A stretch of 64,000 bases of DNA, from the NCBI GenBank assembly GCA_964016885.1, contig OZ024764.1:11036001-11100000 (forward strand), given 5' to 3'. The stretch comes from Eledone cirrhosa (Eukaryota). Below, one piece after another: positions 1 through 12,897 of this stretch. The notes under the pieces were generated by a model, which was given only the letters and a program-made list of their open reading frames with translations, was not told the DNA's origin and made no database searches. A program made the translations under genes and the position numbers. Position 1 is the first letter of the stretch, and each line of letters starts with the position of its first letter.

Positions 1-480
1 ATTCCATTGTTGTAGGCCCTTGCTCCCGATAATTTTGACCAGCTAATCCCATATTCCTGGTTTGTGTTCTTAAACTGCCAGATTTTATTGGTCAGCGTTG
101 TAGAGTTCTCTAGTCTATGGTTTTTCATGGAGTGTCTGTGAACATACCATCTTTTTTTTAACTCCCCAGCCGTGGAACCTATGTAGTGCCATGTTAAGTT
201 GCCTGAATTTATAGTACACAGGTACATCGTACTTGAATCCAGGCATCTATTTTGTAGCGCGTACTTATCCGGTAGGTGGCAGTTACCTGTGTGCAGGTTC
301 TATATATGCCATTGCCATATGTGAATTCTTTAGTATTCTGAGGATTTGATCAGAGGTAAACACTGTATTTGAGGTCGAGTGATGCAACTTCGAGTGATTA
401 GCGGCTTTTAGACTCACCTGATCAATGAAACAATTGTTAATACTTGAAATAAAGCCCCTTGTACAGCCGACCATGTTATT
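1..480 (-). mobile_element. Penelope-like retroelement fragment: GIY-YIG endonuclease region (runs off the window edge)
   Basis: Minus-strand translation of 290..1: GNCHLPDKYALQNRCLDSSTMYLCTINSGNLTWHYIGSTAGELKKRWYVHRHSMKNHRLENSTTLTNKIWQFKNTNQEYGISWSKLSGARAYNNG. This matches the C..C-linker / Y...YIG.T...KKRW..H..S / ST.L...IW / I.W...A.AY pattern of PLE endonucleases. Confidence 0.8.
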
Positions 481-567
481 CTTTAATCTTTCACTATATA
501 TATATACATATATATATAAAATAAAGTTAAATAAAAGTCAAATGATTAAAATTTAGCTTCGTTTATT

Positions 568-622
568 ACTGCTATATATATTTCAGTGACAGCCATCTTT
601 GGCTGTGACCTCTTCAGGCAGT
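568..622 (-). ncRNA. Minimal type I hammerhead ribozyme motif (family A)
   Basis: Reverse complement: ACTGC-CTGAAGA-GGTCACAGCCA(AAGA)TGGCTGTCACT-GAAA-TATATA-TA-GCAGT. Stem I ACTGC/GCAGT, stem II hairpin, palindromic stem III. Confidence 0.75.
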
Positions 623-766
623 TTGAATTAGTATGGTATAGAAAAGTACATATGACTCCAGTTCCCCAGTGAATTAACAACCCAACAAGGAACTGGGCAT
701 ATCAGAGTATTGACAATATCATACACCTAAACAACATATGTACTTGTCTATACCATACTAATTCAA

Positions 767-821
767 ACTGCCTGAAGAGATCACAGCCAAAGATGGCTGT
801 CACTGAAATATATATAGCAGT
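767..821 (+). ncRNA. Minimal type I hammerhead ribozyme motif (family A)
   Basis: ACTGC-CTGAAGA-GATCACAGCCA(AAGA)TGGCTGTCACT-GAAA-TATATA-TA-GCAGT. Confidence 0.75.
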
Positions 822-1019
822 AATAAACGAAGCTAAATTTTAATCATTTGATTTTTATTTAACTTTATTTTACACTACTCCGGAGTAACCAAACCAACCT
901 GCGCACTTCGTCGAGTGCTCCAGCCTGCATATTGAGGTGTTGGTATACAACCAACATAAACTCAAAATCTACATATATATATATGTATATATATATGTAT
1001 ATATATATATTATATATAT

Positions 1020-2200
1020 ATATATAATATATAAATATATTATACAGATGATACATAAAAGCAGTGAAATTCAAGTACTAAAGTGTAACATAGTCAATTT
1101 ATTTAGCAATAATGAAAAAATACCGTGTTTATATAAATGGTATTTATATGTGTATGTATCTGTACACACACACACACAGACACACACACTACATACATAC
1201 AAAGTATGTAGAAAATTATGAAAAAAACTTACCTTTTCTAGGACTGATAATAGAACGTGTGTTATATATTGTTAACTGAGGAGCTGATGTCAGGACTTCT
1301 GATGATGTTAATATTATCTACAGATGTCAGTAGTGTCTACAGATTTTGGTATTGTCTACAGATGTCAGTAGTGTCTACAGATTTTGGTATTGTCTACAGA
1401 TGTGAGTATTCTCTAGAGATGTCAGTGTGGTCTAGAGATGTCAGTATTAACTACAGATGTCAGTGTGGTCTACAGATGTCAGTAGTGTCTACAGATGTCA
1501 GTATTCTCTACAGATGTCAGTATTCTCTACAGATGTCAGTAGTGCCTACAGATGTCAGTAGTGCCTACAGATGTTGGTATTGTCTACAGATGTCAGTAGT
1601 GTCTACAGATGTCAGTATTCTCTACAGATGTCAGTATTCTCTACAGATGTCAGTAGTGCCTACAGATGTCAGTAGTGCCTACAGATGTCAGTAGTGCCTA
1701 CAGATGTTGGTATTGTCTACAGATGTCAGTATTCTCTACAGATGTCAGTATTCTCTACAGATGTCAGTAGTGTCTACAGATGTCAGTATTCTCTACAAAT
1801 GTCAGTAGTGTCTACAGATGTCAGTAGTGTCTACAGATGTCAGTATTCTCTACAGATGTCAGTAGTGTCTACAGATGTCAGTATTCTCTACAGATGTCAG
1901 TAGTGTCTACAGATGTCAGTATTCTCTACAGATGTCAGTATTCTCTACAGATGTCAGTAGTGCCTACAGATGTTGGTATTGTCTACAGATGTCAGTATTA
2001 ACTACAGATGTCAGTACTCTCCACTGTACCAGTAATATTCACTGCTGTCCAGTCATGTCCATTCACATCAACACTGTCCACAATTTATGCAGCAAAGTCT
2101 AATTTTTCTAGTTTTATAGTATTGGTGGTGGTGATGGTGTAGGTGTAGGTGGTGTTTTTGTTGCTGTGGGTGATATTAGTAGCAGTGGTGGTGGTGGTAA
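1020..2200. repeat. Segmental duplication copy 1 (direct repeat of ~59095-60130)
   Basis: Unique sequence, 19-bp array and GGT tract are colinear and highly similar to the block ~58 kb downstream. Confidence 0.9.
1318..2020. repeat. 19-bp minisatellite (CTACAGATGTCAGTAGTGT / CTACAGATGTCAGTATTCT), ~37 copies
   Basis: Direct inspection; explains the repetitive ORFs at 1257-2102. Confidence 0.95.
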
Positions 2201-2350
2201 TGGTGGTGGTGGTGATGGTGGTGGTGATGGTGGTGATGGTGGTGGTGATGGTGGTGATGGTGTTGGTGGTGATTGTGGTAATGTTGGTGGTGGTGATGAT
2301 GGTAATGGTGGTGGTGATGATGATGACAATGGTGGTGGTAATGATTGTGG
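2122..2350. repeat. Degenerate (GGT)n microsatellite
   Basis: Direct inspection. Confidence 0.95.
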
Positions 2351-2374
2351 TATATGTATATATAAGTGTGTGTG

Positions 2375-2421
2375 TATATAAATATATATATATATATATT
2401 AAATAAATATATATATATATA

Positions 2422-2457
<36 letters not shown>

Positions 2458-2475
2458 TATATATATATATATATT

Positions 2476-2568
<93 letters not shown>

Positions 2569-2653
2569 TAAATATATATATATATATATTAAATAAATAT
2601 ATATATATATATTAAATAAATATATATTAAATAAATATATATATATATATTAA

Positions 2654-2752
<99 letters not shown>

Positions 2753-2979
2753 AATATATATATATATATATATTAAATAAATATATATATATATATATAT
2801 ATTAAATAAATATATATATATATATATATATTAAATAAATATATATATATATATATATATATATTAAATAAATATATATATATATATGCATATATATATA
2901 TATATATAAAATAAATATATATATATATATGCATATATATATATATATATATGCATATATATATATATATATATATTAA

Positions 2980-3021
<42 letters not shown>

Positions 3022-3079
3022 AATATATATATATATATATGCATATATATATATATATATGCATATATATATATATATA

Positions 3080-3119
<40 letters not shown>

Positions 3120-3208
3120 TATTTACATATATTTGAATGTATGTATGTCCACATGTACAAACATGAATTGAATGATACAGCATTCAGCTGGAAACACACA
3201 TAAATATA

Positions 3209-3244
<36 letters not shown>

Positions 3245-3260
3245 TATATATATATATATT

Positions 3261-3343
<83 letters not shown>

Positions 3344-3369
3344 TAAATATATATATATATATATATTAA

Positions 3370-3407
<38 letters not shown>

Positions 3408-3433
3408 TAAATATATATATATATATATATAAA

Positions 3434-3475
<42 letters not shown>

Positions 3476-3559
3476 AATATATATATATATATATATTAAA
3501 TAAATATATATATATATATATATATTAAATAAATATATATATATATATATATATATTAA

Positions 3560-3595
<36 letters not shown>

Positions 3596-3784
3596 TAAAT
3601 ATATATATATATATGCATATATATATATATGCATATATATATATATATATATAAAATAAATATATATATATATATGCATATATATATATATATGCATATA
3701 TATATATATATATATTAAATAAATATATATATATATATATATTAAATAAATATATATATATATATGCATATATATATATATATA

Positions 3785-3852
<68 letters not shown>

Positions 3853-3942
3853 TATTTACATATATTTGAATGTATGTATGTCCACATGTACAAACAGGAA
3901 TTGAATGATACAGCATTCAGCTGGAAACACACATAAATATAT
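2375..3942. repeat. Interrupted (TA)n tract, tandemly duplicated (~730-bp period) together with a ~95-bp unique segment (3116-3209 and 3849-3942)
   Basis: AAAGTATTTACATATATTTGAATG...GGAAACACACATAAATATAT occurs twice. Confidence 0.9.
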
Positions 3943-4083
3943 ACATTATTCTTGAAGTGTAATCAAGTGTATACTATTTGTTTATCTTATATATTGTAAA
4001 TATTGGTTGTTTAAGGTGTCTTATAAGTGAACAATGTATTTTACTGGATGCCATGCAAATCATGATATATATATATATATATC

Positions 4084-4449
4084 TAAATACATAGTAAAAC
4101 CTACTACAGCCAGTAGGCATCTCTAACAAAATACCCCCCCCCCCGTTCTATGTAAAGTTATGTTGGTGCCACACCATCCAGGCCGAAACAAATGAGATCG
4201 TGTAGGTGTCACGACAAAAAAACACACAGTCCAAGCTGTAATGTGACCGTGTAGGCAACACGGTAAAAACCTCCCAGACCCACACTGTAAATGTGGTTGG
4301 TGTTAGGAAGGGCATCCAGCTGTAGAAAACCTGCCAGACAGTCCTATGCGAGCAAGACAACCACTCTTGCCTCAAGTGGGACTACCCCCGTCCAAACCCA
4401 TGCAAGCGTGGAACACGGACGTTAAACGTTGATGATGATGATGATGATG
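4084..4449 (+). mobile_element. RTE LINE 3'UTR-only fragment with (GAT)n tail, same family as the 60641-63330 element
   Basis: Matches the reverse complement of 60641-61371. GGTGTTAGGAAGGGCATCCAGCTGTAGAAA core, GACGTTAAACG-(GAT)n end. Confidence 0.85.
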
Positions 4450-4469
4450 AAAGTTATAGAATTATATAT

Positions 4470-4785
4470 ATCATGATCGTTTAACGTCTATCTTCCACGC
4501 TAGCATGGATTAGACGGGTTGTCCTGTTGTCGGCAATGCCAGGTTGGGTGACCTTGTCTTGCTCATACGGGGACTGTTCCCATAGGAAGTCGGGTCTTCT
4601 GTATTACTGCATGATGCCAGAGGCACGGTCCTTATACATTGCCTTTGAGAGGTGCAATTGGGCAAGGTCAGTTTTTATCACCTCATCCCAGGTCTTCTTG
4701 GCTCTCCCCACTCCATGGCTTCCATCAACTTTTAGTGCTCTGCACCTTTTTATGCAGCTTTCATCCTTCATATACATCACATGTG
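4470..4785 (-). mobile_element. RTE LINE 3' fragment (ORF C-terminus + internally deleted 3'UTR)
   Basis: HVMYMKDESCIKRCRALKVDGSHGVGRAKKTWDEVIKTDLAQLHLSK aligns to the C-terminus of ORF 54702..57821. Confidence 0.85.
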
Positions 4786-4873
4786 CAACCTCCTCTCCTG
4801 CACCCAGCATTTGATATATATTCATGCATAAGCACACACACAGTTAAGTATGTGCATATTCATACCACATGCA

Positions 4874-5212
4874 TCATCATCATTCATCATTTCATTTTAC
4901 GTCCGCTTTTCCCTGCTTGCAAGGGTGGGACGGGAACTGATTCTGGCTTGATTTCTACAGCTGGATGCCCTTCCTAACACCAACCTCATTTACAGCGAGT
5001 GCTAGGTGCTTTTTTTTTCTGTGGCGCCTACACGTCCACTTTGCAGTGGAATGATAGGGACCCCAGTCCCTATCATCTCACTTCTACAGCTGAGTAAACT
5101 GGAGCAATGTGAAATAAAGTGTCTTGCTCAAGGAAACAACACATCACCCGGTCTGAGAATTGAACTCACAACCTTTCGATTGCAAGGCCAATGCTCTAAC
5201 CACTAAGCCATG
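4874..5212 (-). mobile_element. tRNA-derived SINE with CORE-like body and RTE-derived 3' tail
   Basis: Minus strand: A box TGGCTTAGTGG, B box GAGTTCAATTC, CCTTGAGCAAGACACTTT body, then sequence matching the RTE 3'UTR 57905-58008, ending in (GAT)n. Confidence 0.8.
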
Positions 5213-5231
5213 TATGTATATATATATATAT

Positions 5232-5977
5232 TATATATATATAACCGAAGTTGTCTGTGTGTGTCCTAACTTTGACAAAGTCTATACAAATCCACACTTC
5301 TACTCCGATTGACTTCAAACTTGTATTTATATACTCCTTGCGGTCTAAAGATATTAACTGCAGCTTCTATTTTTCAATTTTCTTTTGTTAAAGGCGTTTT
5401 TTTCACTAAACCTTTAAGCCCTTTTTGTCAGAAATTTTGTCTACAATGTTCAAGAGAGACAACTCTTTAGTATTTTGAAAGAGTTACCTCTCTTAATAGA
5501 CTATATTATCCTTACTTAAACGTACATCCCTTGAAATTGTTGATGGAGACCCCAATAATAACTCCGAAGCGTTCGGCATCCGATATCACAGTTCGGTCTA
5601 TATCAGATTGGGTAGATTTTTGTAACCTTAAAAGTATCCAACTAAATTCCTTCATGCTCTCCACCACTGCAGTCCCAGATGCTTACTGCTCTGTAACTAT
5701 TGCTTTCATTGTACCATAGCACAACAAATACATGTTCAGTTTGTCGAATGCCTTTTTACTTAACTCTATCGTCTTGGCTTTCGTGGGTTGAACATTTTAC
5801 TCTCAGGCACCCAATTAAGTTAAACCCCTGGTAATCAACGACAAATTTTTTTTATAAGCACAAAATATTGACACCATCTCCCAGACCGAGGAATTCCGTA
5901 CTTCTCTGTACTGTTTCAGAAAGGAGGGATGCCAATCTCTGTTTAGAAGCCCGAGCAACGCAGGGCCATTCTGCTAG
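5232..5977 (+). mobile_element. Non-autonomous Helitron
   Basis: 3' end GCCCGAGCAACGCAGGGC hairpin + CATTCTG-CTAG|T. The first ~160 bp and last ~120 bp are shared with the element at 45035-47760, which retains RepHel coding remnants. Inserted in a (TA)n tract, so the 5' boundary is approximate. Confidence 0.8.
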
Positions 5978-6009
<32 letters not shown>

Positions 6010-6065
6010 CATGGATACACACACATTATCATTATACTCATACATATATGTATATATATATATAT

Positions 6066-6410
6066 ATCATCATCATCATCATCATTTCATTTTACGTCTG
6101 CTTTTCCCTGCTTGCAAGGGTGGGACGGGAACTGATTGTGACTTGATTTCTACAGCTGGATGCCCTTCCTAACACCAACCTCATTTACAGTGAGTGCTGG
6201 GTGCTTTTTTGCCGTGGCACCTCCACGACCACTTTGCAGTGGAGTGATAGGGACCCCAGTCCCTATCATCTCATTTCTACAGCTGAGTAAACTGGAGCAA
6301 TGTGAAATAAAGTGTCTTGCTCAAGGAAACAACACATCACCCGGTCTGGGAATTGGACTCACAACCTTTCAATTGCAAGCCCAATGCTCTAACCACTAAG
6401 CCATGTGCCT

Positions 6411-6412
<2 letters not shown>
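6066..6412 (-). mobile_element. tRNA-derived SINE with RTE tail (second copy of the 4874-5212 family)
   Basis: Colinear with 4874-5212; A/B boxes and (GAT)n tail. Confidence 0.8.
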
Positions 6413-6465
<53 letters not shown>

Positions 6466-7034
6466 CTCCCTTTACCTTCTCCTCCTCACTTTTGGTTGCT
6501 TGTGTCTCTCTCTCACTTTCTCCTGTCTATGTGATAGGCAGCATGATTATACCAGCTGAGTCGTAGCTGACCCCCAGGCTAAAGTCTCCCAGGTTGGCCA
6601 CAACTTACTTTCCCTATTTTCCCACGGTTACTCATTTGAATGTTTCTTTCACCTGTGTCTTCCCACGATGGGACCTGTTCACTTTTTTCTCCTATTTTTT
6701 TCTGTTTTTTCTCCCTTTTTCCCTTCTCCCTTTCTTCCTCTCTCCTCATCTTTTTCCCCCCTCTGTTCTTCCTCTTTTCCCTCTCTTTCCTTTACTCGCT
6801 CCTTTTCCTCCTGGCCTTTTGATTAATAAAAGGCCTCATGCACTCTTGAACTCCACCGATGTCCTGTAGTTCAGTGCCGAAACATCAAATCGGAAAACAT
6901 TTACAGCTGACGAAGGAATCTCCTTTCTTCCTTTCTCCTCTTGTTCCATCCTAACCACCATCATAAACCTTGTTTTTAGTAACCACACAGTTCCTTTCAT
7001 TTTGTATCATTTCCCTTTAAAGTCTGAGTTCATT

Positions 7035-7160
7035 ACGTCCTTTTACAATCTGAGTTCAAATCCCGCCGAGGTTGACTTTGCCTTTCATCCTTACGGGGTC
7101 GATAAAATAAAGTACCAGTAATGTACTGGGTAATTGCTGGCCTTGTACCTAAAGTAGAAA
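7035..7160 (+). mobile_element. 5'-truncated tRNA-derived SINE (family of 59187-59373)
   Basis: CTGAGTTCAAATCCCGCCGAGGTTGACTTTGCCTTTCATCCTTACGGGGTCGATAAAATAAAGTACCAGT. Confidence 0.8.
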
Positions 7161-7199
7161 TAATTATATACATATATAAATGCACACACATTATCATTA

Positions 7200-10100
7200 T
7201 ACACATACATATATATACATACATAAACACACAGACATATATATATATACATACATAAACACACAGACATATATATATATACATACATAAACACACAGAC
7301 ATATATATATACATACATAAACACACAGACATATATATATACATACATAAACACACAGACATATATATATATACATACATAAACACACAGACATATATAT
7401 ATATACATACATAAACACACAGACATATATATATATACATACATAAACACACAGACATATATATACATACATAAATACACAGACATATATATATACATAC
7501 ATAAACACACAGACATATATATATATACATACATAAACACACAGACATATATATACATACATAAACACACAGACATATATATATACATACATAAACACAC
7601 AGACATATATATATACATACATAAACACACAGACATATATATATATATACATACATAAACACACAGACATATATATATATACATACATAAACACACAGAC
7701 ATATATATATACATACATAAACACAGACATATATATATACATACATAAACACACAGACATATATATATATACATACATAAACACACAGACATATATATAT
7801 ATACATACATAAACACACAGACATATATATATACATACATATATATATACATACATAAACACACAGACATATATATATATACATACATAAACACATAGAC
7901 ATATATATATACATACATAAACACACAGACATATATATATACAGACATATATATATACATACATAAACACACAGACATATATATATACATACATAAACAC
8001 ACAGACATATATGTATACATACATAAACACACAGACATATATATATATACATACATAAACACACAGACATATATATATACATACATAAACACACAGACAT
8101 ATATATATACATACATAAACACACAGACATATATATATATATACATACATAAACACACAGACATATATATATACATACATAAACACACAGACATATATAT
8201 ATATACATACATAAACACACAGACATATATATATACATACATAAACACACAGACATATATATATACATACATAAACAGACAGACATATATATACATACAT
8301 AAATACAGACATATATATATATACATACATAAACACACAGACATATATATATACATACATAAACACACAGACATATATATACATACATAAATACAGACAT
8401 ATATATATACATACATAAACACACAGACATATATATATACATACATAAACACACAGACATATATATATACATACATAAACACACACATATATATATACAT
8501 ACATAAACACACAGACATATATATATACATACATAAACACACAGACATATATATATATACATACATAAACACACAGACATATATATATATACATACATAA
8601 ACACACAGACATATATATATACAAACATAAACACACAGACATATATATATACATACATATATATATACATACATAAACACACAGACATATATATATACAT
8701 ACATAAACACACAGACATATATATATACATACATAAACACACAGACATATATATATATACATACATAAACACACAGACATATATATATACATACATAAAC
8801 ACACAGACATATATATATACATACATAAACACACAGACATATATATATACATACATAAACACACAGACATATATATATACATACATAAACACACAGACAT
8901 ATATATATATACATACATAAACACACAGACATATATATATATACATACATAAACACACAGACATATATATATACATACATAAACACACAGACATATATAT
9001 ATACATACATAAACACACAGACATATATATATACATACATAAACACACAGACATATATATACATACATAAATACAGACATATATATATATACATACATAA
9101 ACACACAGACATATATATATACATACATAAACACACAGACATATATATATATACATACATAAACACACAGACATATATATATACATACATAAACACACAG
9201 ACATATATATATACATACATAAACACACACATATATATATACATACATAAACACACAGACATATATATATACATACATAAACACACAGACATATATATAT
9301 ACATACATAAACACACAGACATATATATACATACATAAATACAGACATATATATATATACATACATAAACACACAGACATATATATATACATACATAAAC
9401 ACACAGACATATATATATATACATACATAAACACACAGACATATATATATACATACATAAACACACAGACATATATATATACATACATAAACACACAGAC
9501 ATATATATATACATACATAAACACACAGACATATATATATACATACATAAACACACAGACATATATATATACATACATAAACACACAGACATATATATAT
9601 ACATATATAAACACACAGACATATATATATATACATACATAAACACACAGACATATATATACATACATAAATACAGACATATATATATACATACATAAAC
9701 ACACAGACATATATATATACATACATAAACACACAGACATATATATATACATACATAAACAGACAGACATATATATACATACATAAATACAGACATATAT
9801 ATATACATACATAAACACACAGACATATATATATACATACATAAACACACAGACATATATATATACATACATAAACACACACATATATATATACATACAT
9901 AAACACACAGACATATATATATACATACATAAACACACAGACATATATATATATACATACATAAACACACAGACATATATATATACATACATAAACACAC
10001 AGACATATATATATACATACATAAACACACAGACATATATATATACATACATAAACACACAGACATATATATATACATACATAAACACACAGACATATAT

Positions 10101-10423
10101 ATATACATACATAAACACACAGACATATATATATACATACATAAACACACAGACATATATATATACATACATAAACACACAGACATATATATATACATAT
10201 ATAAACACACACATATATATATACATACATAAACACACAGACATATATATATACATACATAAACACACAGACATATATATATACATACATAAACACACAG
10301 ACATATATATACATACATAAACACACAGACATATATATATACATACATAAACACACAGACATATATATATATACATACATAAACACACAGACATATATAT
10401 ATACATACATAAACACACAGACA

Positions 10424-10455
<32 letters not shown>

Positions 10456-11390
10456 AACACACAGACATATATATATACATACATAAACACACAGACATAT
10501 ATATATACATACATAAACACACAGACATATATATATATACATACATAAACACACAGACATATATATATACATACATAAACACACAGACATATATATATAC
10601 ATACATAAACATACCGAAATATATATATATATACATACATAAATACAGACATATATATATATACATACATAAACACACAGACATATATATATATACATAC
10701 ATAAACACACACATATATATATACATACATAAACACACAGACATATATATATACATACATAAACACACAGACATATATATACATACATAAATACAGACAT
10801 ATATATATATACATACATAAACAGACAGACATATATATACATACATAAACACACAGACATATATATATACATACATAAACACACAGACATATATATATAT
10901 ACATACATAAACACACAGACATATATATACATACATAAATACAGACATATATATATATACATACTTAAACACACAGACATATATATATACATACATAAAC
11001 ACACAGACATATATATATACATACATAAACACACAGACATATATATATACATACATAAACACACAGACATATATATATATACATACATAAACACACAGAC
11101 ATATATATACATACATAAATACAGACATATATATATATACATACATAAACACACAGACATATATATATACATACATAAACACACAGACATATATATATAC
11201 ATACATAAACAGACAGACATATATATACATACATAAATACAGACATATATATATACATACATAAACACACAGACATATATATATATACATACATAAATAC
11301 AGACATATATATATATACATACATAAACAAACAGACATATATATATACATACATAAACACACAGACATATATATACATACATAAACACAC
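7200..11390. repeat. ~30-bp compound minisatellite (ACATACATAAACACACAGACATATATATAT)n, ~140 copies
   Basis: Direct inspection; unit length varies in 2-bp steps of the AT run. Confidence 0.97.
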
Positions 11391-11440
11391 CATATACTCG
11401 TGCACAAAAATACATACATACACACGCATATTAATATGTA

Positions 11441-11607
11441 CCATATTTCCCGGCGCCGATGACGCTTCGTCCTCAAGGACATACCCTAATTTTGACAACC
11501 AAAAATTTGAAAGATGATAATAAACAGCCTTCGGCCTCCAGCTTGCATGGTGGATTTTTGAGACTTATTTTAGAAAAAAATAGCATCTTCGACGCCGGCA
11601 AATATGG
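11441..11607. mobile_element. 167-bp MITE, Tc1/mariner-pogo type
   Basis: TIRs CCATATTTCCCGGCGCCGATGACGC and reverse complement CCATATTTGCCGGCGTCGAAGATGC, flanked by TA on both sides. Confidence 0.8.
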
Positions 11608-11799
11608 TATATTTTAATGTATATCAAAACATAAAGGCTGTCAAACAATAACTGATTAAGTACTCAATACATATAAGCAGGGTGTAGAATTTATTTTTAC
11701 AAGGAAATAGTTAAGAGTGACTTTGAAGTTATATCTGTGGTTGACTTTGTCAAACTGCTGTGTGAGTATAGTAGGATCCTTGTAGGTTTGGATTATAAA

Positions 11800-12570
11800 C
11801 TGATAGATAGAGAGGCATAGATAGGTAGAGAGAGTGAGAGAAAGACACTGAGGTAGATAGAAAGACAGATAGATGTGTTAGTAGATATATATAGATATAG
11901 ATTGAAACAGAGGTAGGTATTTAGGTAGATATAGAGAGAGAGTGAGAGAAAGACAGATAGACATGTGTTGGTAGATATAAATAGATAGATTGATAGATTA
12001 CGACAATGAAACAGAGGTAGGTATTTAGGTAGATATACATAGATATAGATAGGTAGATAGAGAGAGTGAGAGAAAGACAGATAGACATGTGTTGGTAGAT
12101 ATATATAGATAGATTGAAACAGAGGTAGGTATTTAGCAAGATATACATAGATGTAGAGAGAGTGAGAGATAGACATGTTGGTAGATATATATTGATAGAT
12201 TAAGAAAATTAAACAGAGGTAGGTATTTAGGTAGATATACATAGATATAGAGAGAGTGAGAGAAAGACAGATAGACATGTGTTGGTAGATATAAATAGAT
12301 AGATTGTTAGATTAAGACAACAAAACTGGTAGGTATTTAGGTAGATATACATAGATATAGATAGGTAGATAGAGAGAGTGATAGAAAGACAGATAGACAT
12401 GTGTTGGTAAATATATATAGATAGATTACGACAATGAAACAGAGGTAGGTATTTAGGTAGATATACATAGATATAGAAAGACAGATAGACGTGTTGGTAT
12501 ATATATATAGATAGATTGAAACAGAGGTAGGTATTTAGATAGATATACATAGATATAGATAGGTAGATAG
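11800..12570. repeat. Degenerate (AGAT)-rich compound tandem repeat with recurring GAAACAGAGGTAGGTATTTAGGTAGAT and AGACATGTGTTGGTAG blocks
   Basis: Direct inspection, ~7 irregular units. Confidence 0.85.
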
Positions 12571-12682
12571 AAAAAAGGGGATAAGATAAAGAGATTCATT
12601 GAAGGACAGAGAGAGAGGGATAGAGAGGAGGAGGTAATCAGAAGAAGGGATAAATATTGGATAAAATAGCTATTGTTGTTTC

Positions 12683-12688
12683 TTTATT
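12683..12688 (-). terminator. Polyadenylation signal AATAAA of the host gene
   Basis: TTTATT on + strand ~85 nt past the stop codon. Confidence 0.6.
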
Positions 12689-12773
12689 AATGGGTAACAC
12701 TTGACTTATAGATCATTGGTGGTGGCCATCTGGAAAGGATGGACACTAACAACGCCAAGGGTAGCGGTAGAGA

Positions 12774-12838
12774 TCATGGAATCGAGTGTTGTGGTGTCAG
12801 GCGGAGGAATATAGCCATGGAGTCTGCCATAGCTTTTC
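12774..12838 (-). CDS. Coding exon 5 (terminal): (G)KAMADSMAIFLRLTPQHSIP*
   Basis: TTACTTTCAG acceptor, phase 1 gives an open frame ending at TGA 12776-12774. AATAAA ~85 nt downstream. Confidence 0.85.
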
Positions 12839-12897
12839 CTGAAAGTAACAACAAAAACATCAGTAACAACAACAGCAACATCAATAATATCTACAAA

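Larger units (their letters stand above)
518..871. repeat. Inverted repeat (arms 518-654 and 735-871, ~80-bp spacer); inverted PLE pLTR
   Basis: Arms are near-perfect reverse complements, each carries a hammerhead motif, and the structure is adjacent to the GIY-YIG fragment. Confidence 0.85.

Noticed and set aside
2020-2110. Minus-strand peptide KLDFAA*IVDSVDVNGHDWTAVNITG as a coding exon
   Set aside because: In-frame TAA in both duplicate copies and no convincing splice sites
2085-3932. Pro/Thr/Gly-rich and Ile-Tyr ORFs (also 59998-60405)
   Set aside because: Translations of (GGT)n and (TA)n microsatellites
5130-5212. tRNA gene
   Set aside because: tRNA-like head continues into a SINE body and LINE-derived tail; no complete cloverleaf
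6850-6920. CTGACGA and a separate CCGAAAC as a further hammerhead
   Set aside because: Order and spacing do not form a core; no GAAA follows CTGACGA before the SINE. At most a decayed remnant.
7033-11498. Three ORFs of 1241-1463 aa on the minus strand
   Set aside because: Stop-free readings of the 30-bp minisatellite in all frames (Y/I/V/C/M only); no coding signature
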